Assembly (NCBI GenBank): GCA_038087875.1
Contig: CM075977.1
Span: 199,950,001 to 200,014,000, forward strand
DNA: 64,000 bases
DNA from: Malacoraja senta
Lineage: Eukaryota
Direction: 5' to 3'
This document shows, in pieces, positions 25,056-36,780 of the stretch. How positions within the stretch are numbered: the first letter of the stretch is position 1; the number at the start of each line of letters is the position of its first letter. A program made the translations under genes and the position numbers. The notes under the pieces are model-generated. The model searched no databases. It saw nothing but the letters and a program-made list of their open reading frames with translations, and was not told the DNA's origin.

Positions 25056-25333
25056 TTCAGTTTAGTTTAGAGATACACTGCGGAAACAGGCCCTTCGGCC
25101 CACCGAGTCCGCTCATTAACACTATCCAACACACTAGGGACAATTTACAATTATACCAAGCCAATTAACATACAAACCTGTACGTCTTTGGAGTTTGGGA
25201 GGAAACCGAAGATCTCAGAGAAAACCCATGCAGGTCATGAGGACAACGTACAAACTCCGTACAGACACCACCCGTAGTCGTGTTCAAACCCAGGTCTCTG
25301 GTGCTGTAAGGCAGTAGCTCTAACGCTGTGCCA
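25056..25333 (-). mobile_element. HE1/V-SINE-type SINE
   Basis: Reverse-complement match to 43411-43723. Confidence 0.9.
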
Positions 25334-26349
25334 ACAAATCAGTTTGCAGTGTTGTCAAAGTTTGCAGGGCTCACTCTGCCTGTCCAATTGACCTAAGTTT
25401 CCCTTTTGTTGTTGAACATTTTGGTAAGTTGCTGAAATATTGTCCTCTTTCACTGGCTCTTCAGCTGAATGGCGATGCAAATATCTGCCTCTCAAAGCAG
25501 TGTTGATTCTAGTTGTCAATTCTCTGAGCATCTCCATTCCTAAATTAGATTACACAGATGGATCAATGGGGTAATTTAATGTAATACATTCCAGAGTTGG
25601 CATGGTTTTGTTGATCTGCAAAAAAGGGACCAATGATGTATTTACTCAGATGCAAGAAAATAGTATTTTGTAATTGTAAATTATACAAGCATGCCTTTGA
25701 TAACAGCATACCACCTTGATACATGTTTGCAGAGACGTGGGCCTGAATCTAATACTTTTACAGCTGAGAGTGAGTCGGGTGGTGGTCTGTTGCGAATGAT
25801 TAAATAGAAATGTTTTGTGTTTTTATTTGTGGTAAATGGAATGATTTTTGTTAAACCATTTTGAAAGAATACTTACTTCTAAGCAAATTAGAGAAGAATT
25901 AACGTGAGACATGAGGGGGCCCAGACAACAAAAAATAAAAATGTACTTGAGAAATTAATTTATTGAAGAACGGGATTTGGGTGAGGGAAAACATTTTTTT
26001 TAATGTTTATAATAATTTAAAAATGGTAACCTGTCAGTTGTTATCCAAATAATAATAGAAGAATCAGATGGGATAGGCTTTAGCTAAGCTGAAAAGGAAC
26101 CTTTCTCTGAGTGGAAAGAGTTTAGGGCCTCTGGCTAGTTGCCATCTCCTGAGGTACGGTATAAGGTACGATGAAATTAGTGAACCAGTAATCGACGGGA
26201 TGGCTGTTTAATCGCGATACGCAAGTTCCACTCCCATGGCAGCTGGTAATTTAAATCCAAGCAATGAAAGTAATAAAAGGCAAGTGTCAATGGTGGTAAA
26301 CTATGAAACTTTCGGGCTGTCATTAAAATCCCACCTGGTTCTCTTGGGG

Positions 26350-26535
26350 TGGAGGAACTCAGCAAGTCAGGCAGCATTCGTGGAAGGGAATGGACAGACA
26401 ATGTTTTGGGTTGGGTCGGCCCAAAATGTTGTTGAGCCTGAAGAAAGGTCCAGGCTCAAAATATTGCCTGTCCATTCCCTCTGCAGTTGCTGAATGAACC
26501 CACTGAGTTCCTCCAGCACTCTAATTTTGCTCTGC
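26350..26535. mobile_element. Older diverged PLE-tail fold-back; a similar one lies at 27090-27298
   Basis: ggaggaactcagc...ctgaagaaagg...ctgagttcctccagc. Confidence 0.6.
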
Positions 26536-28275
26536 AGACTCTTGTGGCTCCATGATGCTCAGGTGTCCTTTGTTAAAAGAGAATCTGTCTTTATTTTATT
26601 CTATATCACTAACACAGTTGACTCATCTGCCCTGTGAAAGGGCCCAGCAACTTCAGGAATAAGTGTGGATGGACAATACATGGTGTTATGGGCGGTGAAA
26701 TGTTTAATGCTTGGTCTCAGTATTTATTAGGGTGACAGATCAGATGACTGGCATTGGAAGATGAGATAATTAAGGATATAATGGCATGTAAAATAAAAAG
26801 AATAATATTGAAGTAATGAAATTCAAATGAGAATTCCACTTGTCTAGACAGAGGCCATCCATAAAATGTAAAGGAATGTGAAGAGGACAAGACCGAGGTG
26901 CCATTATACAATTAATAATTCAATAGAGAAAGGTTGAGTACAAGGTGGCCAGCTATTGTTACACTCTGTACTTGGGTGCACTGCATGTCAGTTTAACGGA
27001 GGTGAGAGCAATTCCTGATAAAGGAGAGGAAAAAAAGGATGTAAATGTGCAGAAAAGAAAAATGTAATAGTGAGTAGCCCCAGAAACAAACAAATGTTGG
27101 AAATACCCAGCGGGTCAGACAGCATCTGTGGGAAGCAAAATGGAGTGAACGGTCCAGTTAGAAGACCAACCAACCCGTTTTCCTTCTTTCCCAGTTGTAA
27201 TGAAGGATCTTTGACCTGAAACATTTACTCTGTTTCCCTCACCAAAGATGTTGCTTGACCTGCTGAGTGATTCCAGCATTTTCAGATTTGCAGCATCTTT
27301 TTTTTGTTTTTCATGTAACAACCAATAGCATATCTTTCAAGAGGAAAATCTTTCTCAACCAACCTATGTATTTTGTACTGGTTGCAGAGATGGTGGGTTG
27401 GATAATGGAGCAGTTGTGGGTTTCAGTGAGATGCCAATGGACTTGGGAGTAGGAATGTAAAGAGTGAGATAGCTGGCTGAAACATCATGGGTGGTATGAT
27501 TTAAGAGGTAACTATTCTAAATGGTCCATGGATACTTGGTGGTAATCATAGGTGCGTTGGGCCAAAGGCATGTTTCATAACTCACTGACTCCTTCAGCCT
27601 GGATATGGGCATGATCGCTGTCCTAAAACATTTAAATCTCTCACATGTCACAACAACCAGAATTCAACATCGTTCGAGATATGACCCAACCTGACCACTA
27701 ACCAGGGTGACATGCTGAATTGTATAACCATGTCAAATACACTGTTTGTTGACACTTTGCAATGGTTAGATCAGCTGAGAGTCCAGTCTGTTCAAAGATT
27801 TCTCCATTTCCTTTTGATTCTTTTTCCCTTGATTATTCTGATCCAGAATACATATTTTTTCTTTTCTAATTTAACAGTATTTTAAGGCCGCCTGGTTAAA
27901 TTTGATCTGCTATTGCTATTGCTCTTCTGGCTAGTAATGCTTTCTGATAGCTTTATTTTGTATTTGGTTTCAAGTTTACAACTAGCAACAAATCTAAGAC
28001 CAAATGTTTGGGAAAACCCACTGTCTCCTGGCTACCACCCAGTAACCCAACCCAGCTACGTTCCTGGAAGGAGCATTGATTGCTTTTTGTCCTTGAGGTT
28101 ACCACAAATCCCCACAGCTTTAATTTCCCCACCACCCACCCCATTGCCGTTGAGAAACCCTATCTGAGCCACATTCATGAATTGACATTGTACCTGCGGT
28201 GAAGATATTTCCAATGCCTTGATAAGAGTATTTTGATATATTGATTCCTCAACAAAGAAGAAACAGCAGGATATA

Positions 28276-28819
28276 GGGTGACACGGTGGCGCAGCGGTAA
28301 GGGCCTGTCCCACTTGGGCGTCATTTACGCATCACGCAGATGGCGCGCAAAGATTTTGTACATCCGAAAGTCCTGGGGCGCCGTGCACGACCGTGCGTCA
28401 CTGCCTATGCCACCACGTACCATGCGCGCATCACGTGCCCGTCACTACGCGCGTGTTGTGCGTCGTGATGCGTAAATGATGTCGCGTAAATGACGCACAA
28501 ATGACGCCCAAGTGGGACAGGCCCTTACAGTGCTTGCAGTGCCAGAGACCTGGGTTCGATCCAGACTACGGGTGCTGTCTGTACGGAGTTTGAACGTTCT
28601 CCCCGTGACCTCGTGGGGTTTCTCCGAGATCTTTGGTTTCCTCCCACACTCCAAAGACGTACAGGTTTGCAGGTTAATTGGCTTGGGTTTGTATTCTTGA
28701 TATAAGTGTAAATTGTCCCTAGTGTGTGTAGGCTTGTGTTAATGTGCGGGGATCGCTGGTTGGCGCGGACTCGGTGGACGAAGGGCCTGGTTCCACGCTG
28801 TATATTAAACTAAACTAAA
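28276..28819 (+). mobile_element. HE1/V-SINE-type SINE with MITE inserted just after its A box
   Basis: ggtggcgcagcggta [MITE] ...ctgggttcgatcc...V core...taaactaaactaaa. Confidence 0.9.
28300..28525. mobile_element. Harbinger-type MITE (226 bp)
   Basis: agggcctgtcccacttgggcgtcattt / aaatgacgcccaagtgggacaggccct. Confidence 0.9.
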
Positions 28820-28988
28820 TATTTAACCAGGATGGTGTGTTACCTGGAAAGGAGCCTCAGTACATTTACTAGCTCTCTGGCCATTCAAGGTGAAGATTTA
28901 GGAAGTGCAACACTATGATATTATAGATGGTATGAAAATGTCAACACAAGAAACTGCAGGCGCTGGAATCTTGAGCATCTGACTCACA

Positions 28989-29277
28989 GTTTAGTTTATT
29001 GTCATGTGTATCGAGGTACAGTAAAAAGCTTTTGTTGCGTGCTAAGCAGTCAGCAGAAAGACAATATATGATTACAACTGATCCATTTACAGTGCATAGA
29101 GACATGAGGTGGGAATAATGTTTAGTGCAAGGTAAAGCCAGAAAAGTCCGATCAAGGATAGTCCAAGGGTCTCCAAAGAGGTAGATAGTAGTTCAGCATT
29201 GCTCTCTGGTTGTGGTAGGTGGTTCAGTTGCCCGATAACAGCTGGGAAGAAACTGTCCCTGAATTTGGAGGTGTGCG
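28989..29277 (-). mobile_element. Rex1/Babar-like LINE 3' tail
   Basis: Close match to 20113-20395. Confidence 0.7.
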
Positions 29278-29434
29278 ACCAATTGCTCTTTCCTCCAGCA
29301 CTTTTTGTATGAAATTTGTCCTCTATTTACAACATTACTGCCATGTTTGAATTAAAATGAGACTTTGACCACATCTGTGCTATCACCAAGATTGCCCACT
29401 TCTATTTTCTGGACCAACAAATTGCATCAAAAAA

Positions 29435-29549
29435 CTGCAGCTGCTGGTCAATATACAAAAAGGGCCCAGAGTGCTGGAGTAACTCAGCGGGTCAGGCAGC
29501 ATCTCTGGAGAGCATGAATCTGACGTTTCAGGTCGAGACCCTTCTTCAG
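29435..29549 (-). mobile_element. PLE tail with hammerhead core at 29522-29549 (-)
   Basis: gacgtttcaggtcgagacccttcttcag. Confidence 0.8.
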
Positions 29550-29801
29550 ATGGTCGATGATTTGAGGCATGTCCGACTGATGATTCCCTGCCTCTCTTCT
29601 CCACTCTTCTTTCCAAGCATCATGTTCCACTAGCAACCCTGACTTTACTTCATCTATGTGTATCTATGGAGTTAAGCAAAGGCCTCCTTATTTGTTGAGT
29701 TTGTTGCTGTTGGATTGCTGCCTTGCCCGGTGTGAGAAGAAAGCTGGTGCATGTGTAGGATGCTGGTTTAAACCGAAGGTAGACACAAAATGCTGGAGTA
29801 A

Positions 29802-30287
29802 AGGGCCTGTCCCACAAGCATGCGACTGCATGCGGCAAGCGCAACCTAACGTGGTCGCTTGAGCCGTACGGCCTCGCGGGGCCGGTCCCACTTCGATCGC
29901 CGGAGCCGTATGGAGTTGTGCGGAGCTGGTCCCGACATCGCGCGGGGCTCCGAAAAACTGACACTGTTCAAAATTTCCGCGCAGCAACGGCCTGCCGGCC
30001 CGCAGCCACCTTGACGCCGTACGGACCGCCTCGACGGGCGTGCGCAGTGTCTCAACGGCGTACGCAGCGTCTTGACGCCGTACATCACGCGCGAACTTCC
30101 CGCGGACCTCGCTCAAACTTCACCTCACTCACTCGACCTCCGCGCGGCTCCCGCTTCCGGTTTGGTCGCGCTCACCGTATGCAGTCGCATGCTGGTGGGA
30201 CCGACCCTGTACGAGGATCACTCGACCTCCGCGCGGCCCCCGCTTCCGGTTTGGTCACGCTTGTCGCATGCTCATGGGACAGGCTCT
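29802..30287. mobile_element. Harbinger-type MITE inserted into a PLE-tail arm (29753-30350), TAA TSD
   Basis: tgctggagTAA[agggcctgtccca...tgggacaggctct]TAActcagcggg restores the host ggagtaactcagc; duplicated right subterminal segment. Confidence 0.9.
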
Positions 30288-30632
30288 TAACTCAGCGGGA
30301 CAGGCGGCATCTCTGGAGAGAAGGAATGGGTGACATTTTGGGTCGAGACATTGTACATCATTGCCATTATCTTGCCACAGTTCTGGAAGGTGTTGGCACA
30401 GAGCACCCAGCAGATGAGTTGCACTGCACATTTTGACTTGCACTGTCATGGTCTGATTTACCTAGAATAACAACATTGTATATTTCTTACATTGGTGCAT
30501 TAAATCTGCCTGACAAGCTGTATTAAGTAAAAATGTCATTATACTGGTCCCATGACAATTAAACACACTTGACTTCTGATGAAATTGTCTGAATATTGTC
30601 CTTGTTTTTTTCTAAATGTATTCAACAGGCCA

Positions 30633-31582
30633 ATAGACAATAGACAATAGGTGCAGGAGGAGGCCATTCGATGTGATGGCGGTGCTGGCTCGAAGGGCCA
30701 AATGGCCTACTCCTGCACCTATTGTCTATTGTCTATTGATCATGGCTGATCATCCCCAATCAGTACCCCGTTCCTGCCTTCTCCCCATATCCCCTGACTC
30801 TGCTATTTTTAAAAGACCTAACTAGCTCTCTCTTGAAAGCATCCAGAGAACCTGCCTCCACCGCCCTCTGAGGCAGAGAATTCCACAGACTCACAACTCT
30901 CTGTGAGAAAAAGTGTTTCCTCGTCTCCGTTCTAAATGGCTTACTTCTTATTCTTAAACTGTGGCCCCTGGTTCTGGACTCCTCCAACATCGGGAACATG
31001 TTTCCTGCCTCTAGCGTGTCCAAGCCCTTAACAATCTTATATATTTCAATGAGATGCCCTCTCATCCTTCTAAACTCCAGAGTGTACAAGCCCAGCTGCT
31101 CCATTCTCTCAGCATATGACAATCCCACCATCCCGGGAATTAACCTTATAAACCTACGCTGCACTCCCTCAATAGCAAGAATGTCCTTCCTCAAATTAGG
31201 GTACCAAAATTGCACACAATATTCCAGGTGTGGTCTCACTAGGGCTCTGTACAATTGCAGAAGGACCTCTTTGCTCCTATGTTCGATTCCTCTTGTTATA
31301 AAAGCCAACATGCCATTCGCTTTCTTCACTGCCTGCTGTACCTGCATGCTTACTTTCATAGACTGACGCCATTTAGACAGTAATCTGCCTTCCTGCTTTT
31401 GCTACCAAAGTGGATAACCTCACATTTATCCGCATTAAACTTCATCTGCCATGCATCTGCCCACTCCCCCAACCTGTCCAAGTCACCATGCATTCTCATA
31501 TCATCCTCCTCACAGTTCACACTGCCACCCAGCTTTGTGTCATCTGCAAATTTGCTAATGTTACTTTGAATCCCTTCATCCA
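30633..31582 (-). mobile_element. CR1 LINE 3' portion (RT domain end)
   Basis: ISKFADDTKLGG...; ORF 30760-31359 LYRALVRPHLEYCVQFW; (TATTGTC)n tail. Confidence 0.95.
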
Positions 31583-31965
31583 AATCATTCAGTATGGTTA
31601 CTCAAACCGGTTTGGGCTAACGATGCAGTTAATCACAAGGATTGTTTATCTCTTTCAGTATTCTCATTATTTGTTCTCAAGGATAACTGTTGATCGATCT
31701 TGATTAGGTTAGCTGCTGTGTAAAGAGCACTAGAGTAGAAGGTAACACTTTAGAGGTTCTCTACAGTGGTGGGTTAGCTGCATAAGAGATGGTCCAGTTT
31801 GCAGTGACTGCTATTAGAGGAACAATGTTGGTGGAAAGTAGATGGAGGGAAGAAAGGAAAGTTTGTTGATCATTGAAAGTGCTTGACTTTTTTGTGTGAA
31901 TAATTTCAATAGACAATAGGTGTAGGAGTAGGCCATTTGGCCCTTCGAGCCAGCACCGCCATTCA

Positions 31966-32460
31966 AGATTTAAGAGAGTTTATTGTCATGTGTCCCAGAT
32001 AGGACAATGAAATTCTTGCTTTGCTTCAGCACAACAGAATATAGTAGGCATAAATAAATACAGAACAGATCATGTGACCATGCACCATTGAATATATATA
32101 TACACACATAAATAAGAAGATAAAGTGCAATGGGCTATTAATGTTCAGAGTTTTGTTTGAGTTGAGTTTAATAGCCTGATAGCTGTGGGAAGTAGCTATT
32201 CCTGAACCTGGATGTTGCAGATTTCAGGCTCCTGTACCTTCTACCTGAAGGCAGCGGGGAGATGAGTGAGTGGCCAGGATGATGTGGATCCTTGATGATG
32301 CTGGCAACCTTTTTGAGGCAGCGACTGCGATGGATCCCCTCGATGGTAGGGAGGTCAGAGCCGATGATGGACGGGGCAGTGTTTACAACTTTTTTGCAGT
32401 CTTTTCTGCTCCTGGGCGCTCAAGTTGCCGAACCAAGCCACGATGCAACCGGTCAGCATT
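31966..32460 (-). mobile_element. Rex1/Babar-like 3' fragment inserted into a CR1 tail (31907-32477)
   Basis: Reverse strand encodes IIKDPHHPGHSLISPLPSGRRYRSL; cattca on both sides. Confidence 0.75.
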
Positions 32461-33006
32461 CACTGTGATCATGGCTAATTCATCAGGTAGAGAGTGTCCT
32501 TCAAGCTTGAATATAGTTTTTTTTCCAGCTTCCTTTCTTCATCAGTAATATGCCTGGTCTTGTACACTGTTGATAGATCAGGAAACAACATACTTGCTCA
32601 GTAGGTACTCAACTACTTTACTTTGGAAGAGGCCTTTCACAAAAGGAAAATCTGTCAATTCAGTGAGCTTCTACGATCTACAGAGGAGTTTGCAGCAAAT
32701 TGCTCTGCACATCTGTTTAGTTGGAATGCCTTTTAAGTGATTTGGTATTTTTAGTCTTGTTTATTGAGGTTTGTGAAGAGAATAGTCATCAAAGATACTT
32801 TTGGCAGATATTACTGTCTTGCTGCTTTAGTTAATTAGCTCATCAGTTTTTCTCCTTTATGTTTACACTTCGCTGGAGAATATTACTCATCAGAACAAAT
32901 GCAATCTCCTTAATTATTCCTATATTTAATTCGTAGGCGAACATCATTTTTATGAAGACTATGATTTAATTAATTGAATTTTCTTAAATTTTCTTTTTTT
33001 TTCCAG

Positions 33007-33078
33007 TTGTGGATGGTGAAGTGTTTTTGTGTTTCAGCATGTCTGGGCACATTGATAGCAACAATGAAGCATACCTGG
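33007..33078 (+). other. Candidate internal 5'-UTR exon (72 nt)
   Basis: Long polypyrimidine tract plus ccag acceptor; TGG|GTATGT donor; alternative acceptor tttcag at 33037. Confidence 0.45.
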
Positions 33079-33419
33079 GTATGTTTAGGCTAATTAATCT
33101 TTTGGGTAAAATTTAATTTAATCACTCGACCCCATCTTGGTGTGCATTTCATGGGTTTTTCCGCCCCGCTTATTAACCAAGTTTCTAATCCTTTCAAGCA
33201 AATTAATTTCCTTCACGGAAAATAATAAATAAATGTTGACTCAATATCATCCCCGTCTCTCCAGGAAGTGTTATTTAATGGTTCCATTTGTGTTGCCTAC
33301 ATCAATGGGTTTCAGGGTGAACTACTTTCGTTAATGTTTATTGGGATGGGCATTGCTGATGAGATCCTCATTTATCACGTCTCCGTATTGTTTTTTGAGA
33401 GGATAGCGATGAGCAAACG

Positions 33420-34030
33420 TTAACAGATGAAACCCTTCAGCTGAAGGTGGTCCCAAAGTGCTGTTGGGAAGGGAGTTCTCGGATTTAGAATGATGATGGG
33501 ACAGTGAAATGTTTTCAAGACGGGATGACATGGGACTTGAAGGGGAGCAAGAACATGGTGGCGTTTCCATGTGCCTGAGTAGACTATGTGGACTTGGGAG
33601 GTGCTCTTAAAGTAACATAAATGGATGGGTGCTCTGCATTTTGCAGATGGTCTACACTGCAGCTACTGTGTGCCACTGGTAGAGCAACATTGTTTAGGTT
33701 GGTGGATATAATAATAACAAGTGGATTGCTTTATCCAGGATAATGTCAAGCATCTGGTGTGTTGTTGGAGCTACACTCATCTAGGCAAGTGGAGAGCAAT
33801 TCCATCACACTCCCGAGTTGAGCCTTGTAGATACTGGACAGGCTTTGGATTGTCAAGAGATAATTCACTTGTCACAGGAAACCCATTATTTGGTGTTCAG
33901 TCAAGGCCACATTGCTTCTGCGATGGATCCAGTTTTGGTTAATGGTACCTATCATCCCAGTCCACTCTCCAGGGTGTCGATTGTGGGGGACTCGGTGAGG
34001 GTAATGCCATTGTAAATGAAGGGAAGGTGG
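33420..34030 (-). mobile_element. Old LINE fragment
   Basis: Reverse similarity to 12300-12700. Confidence 0.45.
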
Positions 34031-34051
34031 TTGGACCCTCTCATGTTGGAA

Positions 34052-34422
34052 ATAGAAACATAGAAACATAGAAAATAGGTGCTGGAGGAGACCATTCGGC
34101 CCTTTGAGTCAGCACCGCCATTCATTGTGATCATGGCTGATCGTCCCCAATTAATAACCCATGCCTGCCTTCTCCCCATATCCCTTGATTCCACTAGCCC
34201 CTAGAGCTCTATCTAACTCTCTTAAATCCATCCAGTGACTTGGCCTCCACTGCCCTCTGTGGCAGGGAATTCCACAAATTCACAACTTTCTGGGTGAAAA
34301 GGTTTTTTCTCACCTCAGTCTTAAAAGGCTTCCCCTTTATTCTAAGGCTGTGGCCCCTGGTTCTGTACTCGCCCAACATTGGGAAAAATTTTCCTGCATC
34401 TAGCTTGTCCAGTCCTTTTATA
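34052..34422 (-). mobile_element. CR1 3' fragment
   Basis: IIKGLDKLDAGKFFPMLGEYRTRGHSLRIKG...LWNSLPQRAVEA; (TTTCTATG)n tail. Confidence 0.9.
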
Positions 34423-34462
34423 ATGGGCATTGGTTGGTACTTCCATGGCATTCCCACATGCC

Positions 34463-34590
34463 AGGAAAGAACTGCAGATGCTGGTTTAAACCGAAGATGG
34501 ACAAAAAGTCTGAAGAAGGGTCTCAACCCGAAACGTCCTTCTCTGCAGAGATGCTGCCTGTTCAACAGTTACTTCAGCCATTTTGTGTTG
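34463..34590. mobile_element. Deleted PLE-tail fold-back with intact hammerhead core at 34510-34537
   Basis: ctgaagaagggtctcaacccgaaacgtc. Confidence 0.75.
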
Positions 34591-34724
34591 AGCCCATGCC
34601 TACTTGTTGACTGTGTTCTGCTGTTTGCAGACACAGAGTGCTCTACTTTGTGAGGGGCTGCATAGAAATTGAACAATGTGTGATCATCAGTGAACTACCC
34701 AAGTTCTGACCTTTATCCTTGCAG

Positions 34725-34938
34725 GTTTATGGGTGGAAAAAGTTCAACTGGACATGACATCTTGGCACGTCTGATTTTAAACTAGGCATTGTATCATGGA
34801 CCCAATCATTGTGTTGAGCTTTTTGGTTTGATTAATGTTGATTCTTTGGATTTAATCGTACTACAGTTTCTCCCGGATTGTAGATATATTGATCAAGACA
34901 ATCGCAGGGACTACTGACTCGTGAGAGATGATATCAAG
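34725..34938 (+). other. Candidate 5'-UTR exon (214 nt) with several uORFs
   Basis: Branch point ctgac (34706), ctttatccttgcag|G acceptor, AAG|GTGAGT donor; no through-reading frame. Confidence 0.65.
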
Positions 34939-35339
34939 GTGAGTTATTAGTGTACGTATTTGCTGCTTGTGTTTAGTTCCGTTCTCATACGAGAACATTT
35001 CTAGAGCTGCCATCGCCTTTCTTGGAGAAAGAATAAGATATAAATATCACAAAGCTTCTTGCGTTCTTGGGGACTGATATCAAATTGGACACTCCTTAGT
35101 TTCACCAGACATATCTGACCTTGTGAATCATTGGAGTGCCCTGATTGAAGACTTGCGAAGTTAAATCTTCTGATGATTTTGTAACATTTCTTTGTGTCCG
35201 AGTAAAAAAAAGAATGCTAAGATTTAAAAAAATTATTGCCGATTATCGCAAAGGCTGTCAAACTAAACCTCTCTGCTCCAAGCTCCATCATGGCAAGATG
35301 CTTCCATGATGGCATGGAAAATGCTTCAAAAAGTGTTAT

Positions 35340-35540
35340 AGTCCTAGTGTGGAAACAGGCCCTTCAACCCAACTTGCCCACACCGACCAACATGTCCCAG
35401 CTACACTAGTCCCACCTGCCTGCATTTGGTCCATATCCCTCCAAACCTGCCCTATCTATGTACCTGTCTAACTGTTTCTTAAATGTTAGCATAGTCCCTG
35501 CCTCAACTACTTAGTCTGGCAGCTCGTTTCATACACCCAC
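35340..35540 (-). mobile_element. CR1-family 3' tail
   Basis: ggaaacaggcccttcaacccaacttgccc...cctgcctcaactac; same tail at 45765, 47455 and 61325. Confidence 0.8.
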
Positions 35541-36780
35541 CATTTTTCTCAAAGCTGCTTTGGTGGCTGGTGGATGTAATATCCTCATTGCCTTCTGACA
35601 TTCCCTTTGCCCATGAAAGAATACCTGGGAAAACACTGAGCATGGCCAGCCATGACTGGGCGCAGGCAGAAGTCATGCACAGATGACGGGAGGATTGGAG
35701 AACTTCCAAATGACCCAACCGCTCTCCTTGTTACACATCTCCTCCGGCAGTGAGTGTGCAATCTACAAAAACCCCAGGAGATAGAATAAAAGCAAGTTAT
35801 TTTCCACCATGAAGAATTGCTTAAGAAGATGATTGTCAGATATCACGGATTGCCATTATATAATGGCTTATATGGCTGGTATTATCCATCATTTGCCATA
35901 TTATGGGAACTGATATAAAAATGATATCCCGTTTGCATAGGAATATCATGTCATGGCCAAAGTTTTTCTTTCAATCAACCTCGCTGAAACTGTGAATTCT
36001 ATTGTTCACTATTTCGTCAGGATGTGATCCTGCCGTGTGAGAATTAATTACTATTGTTTTCTGGATTCAGTTTAAATCGGTTCTGTGAACGGTGTCAATC
36101 TGACTCTGTGGCAATGCTTTAATACTGAAGTACAGCACATTTGTTGTTAGATAATTGCCAGATTAAGGCAAAAGCACAGTAAGAATAAAAAATGTGATTG
36201 ATTATCAGTTGAGCACACACTTGGTTAATTCAGACTATATTGTTCCTGGGAAATAATAAATTGTATCCAAAGTTGTCAATACCCTGAATACTGAGTGAAA
36301 TTTGTGATCTAGAGGGAAGATCTTGATCCCAAATCGCTTTGAAACTTGAATGTTGTTTCAAAGTGCCAAATGTATTTCATTTTTCTCACTTGCATTCTCC
36401 TTGCTGCACAATGAAGTGATAGTTTCTCCCAGCGGATCAATGCTGGCTGTGCCAAGAACCAGACGGTTAAGTGGAGGTTTTGGTAGTTGTTCAAAAATCA
36501 CAAATGGTTTTCATAAATTCAGAGGAAGAAGGACCGACAATGCAGGTTTCAGACGATTGGCAAAGCTTTAACAAAGCCAGTTGTTGTGACCAGGAATCCA
36601 TTGTCTGGAAGCAGATGAAAAAGTGCATTCCAAAGTGAATTGGATCAGTGATGTGAGCGGGAAGTACCGTCTGCTTTTTGGAGAGAATAAGAGAGAGTGG
36701 AATCGATTGGATAGCTTTACCAAAAGACTTGCCTCAGGCACAGTCGACTTTTTGGCTTGCTTACATGGAAGATAGGAGTC

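Noticed and set aside
7000-34938. Naming the host gene
   Set aside because: Only putative untranslated exons are visible, so no symbol can be supported.
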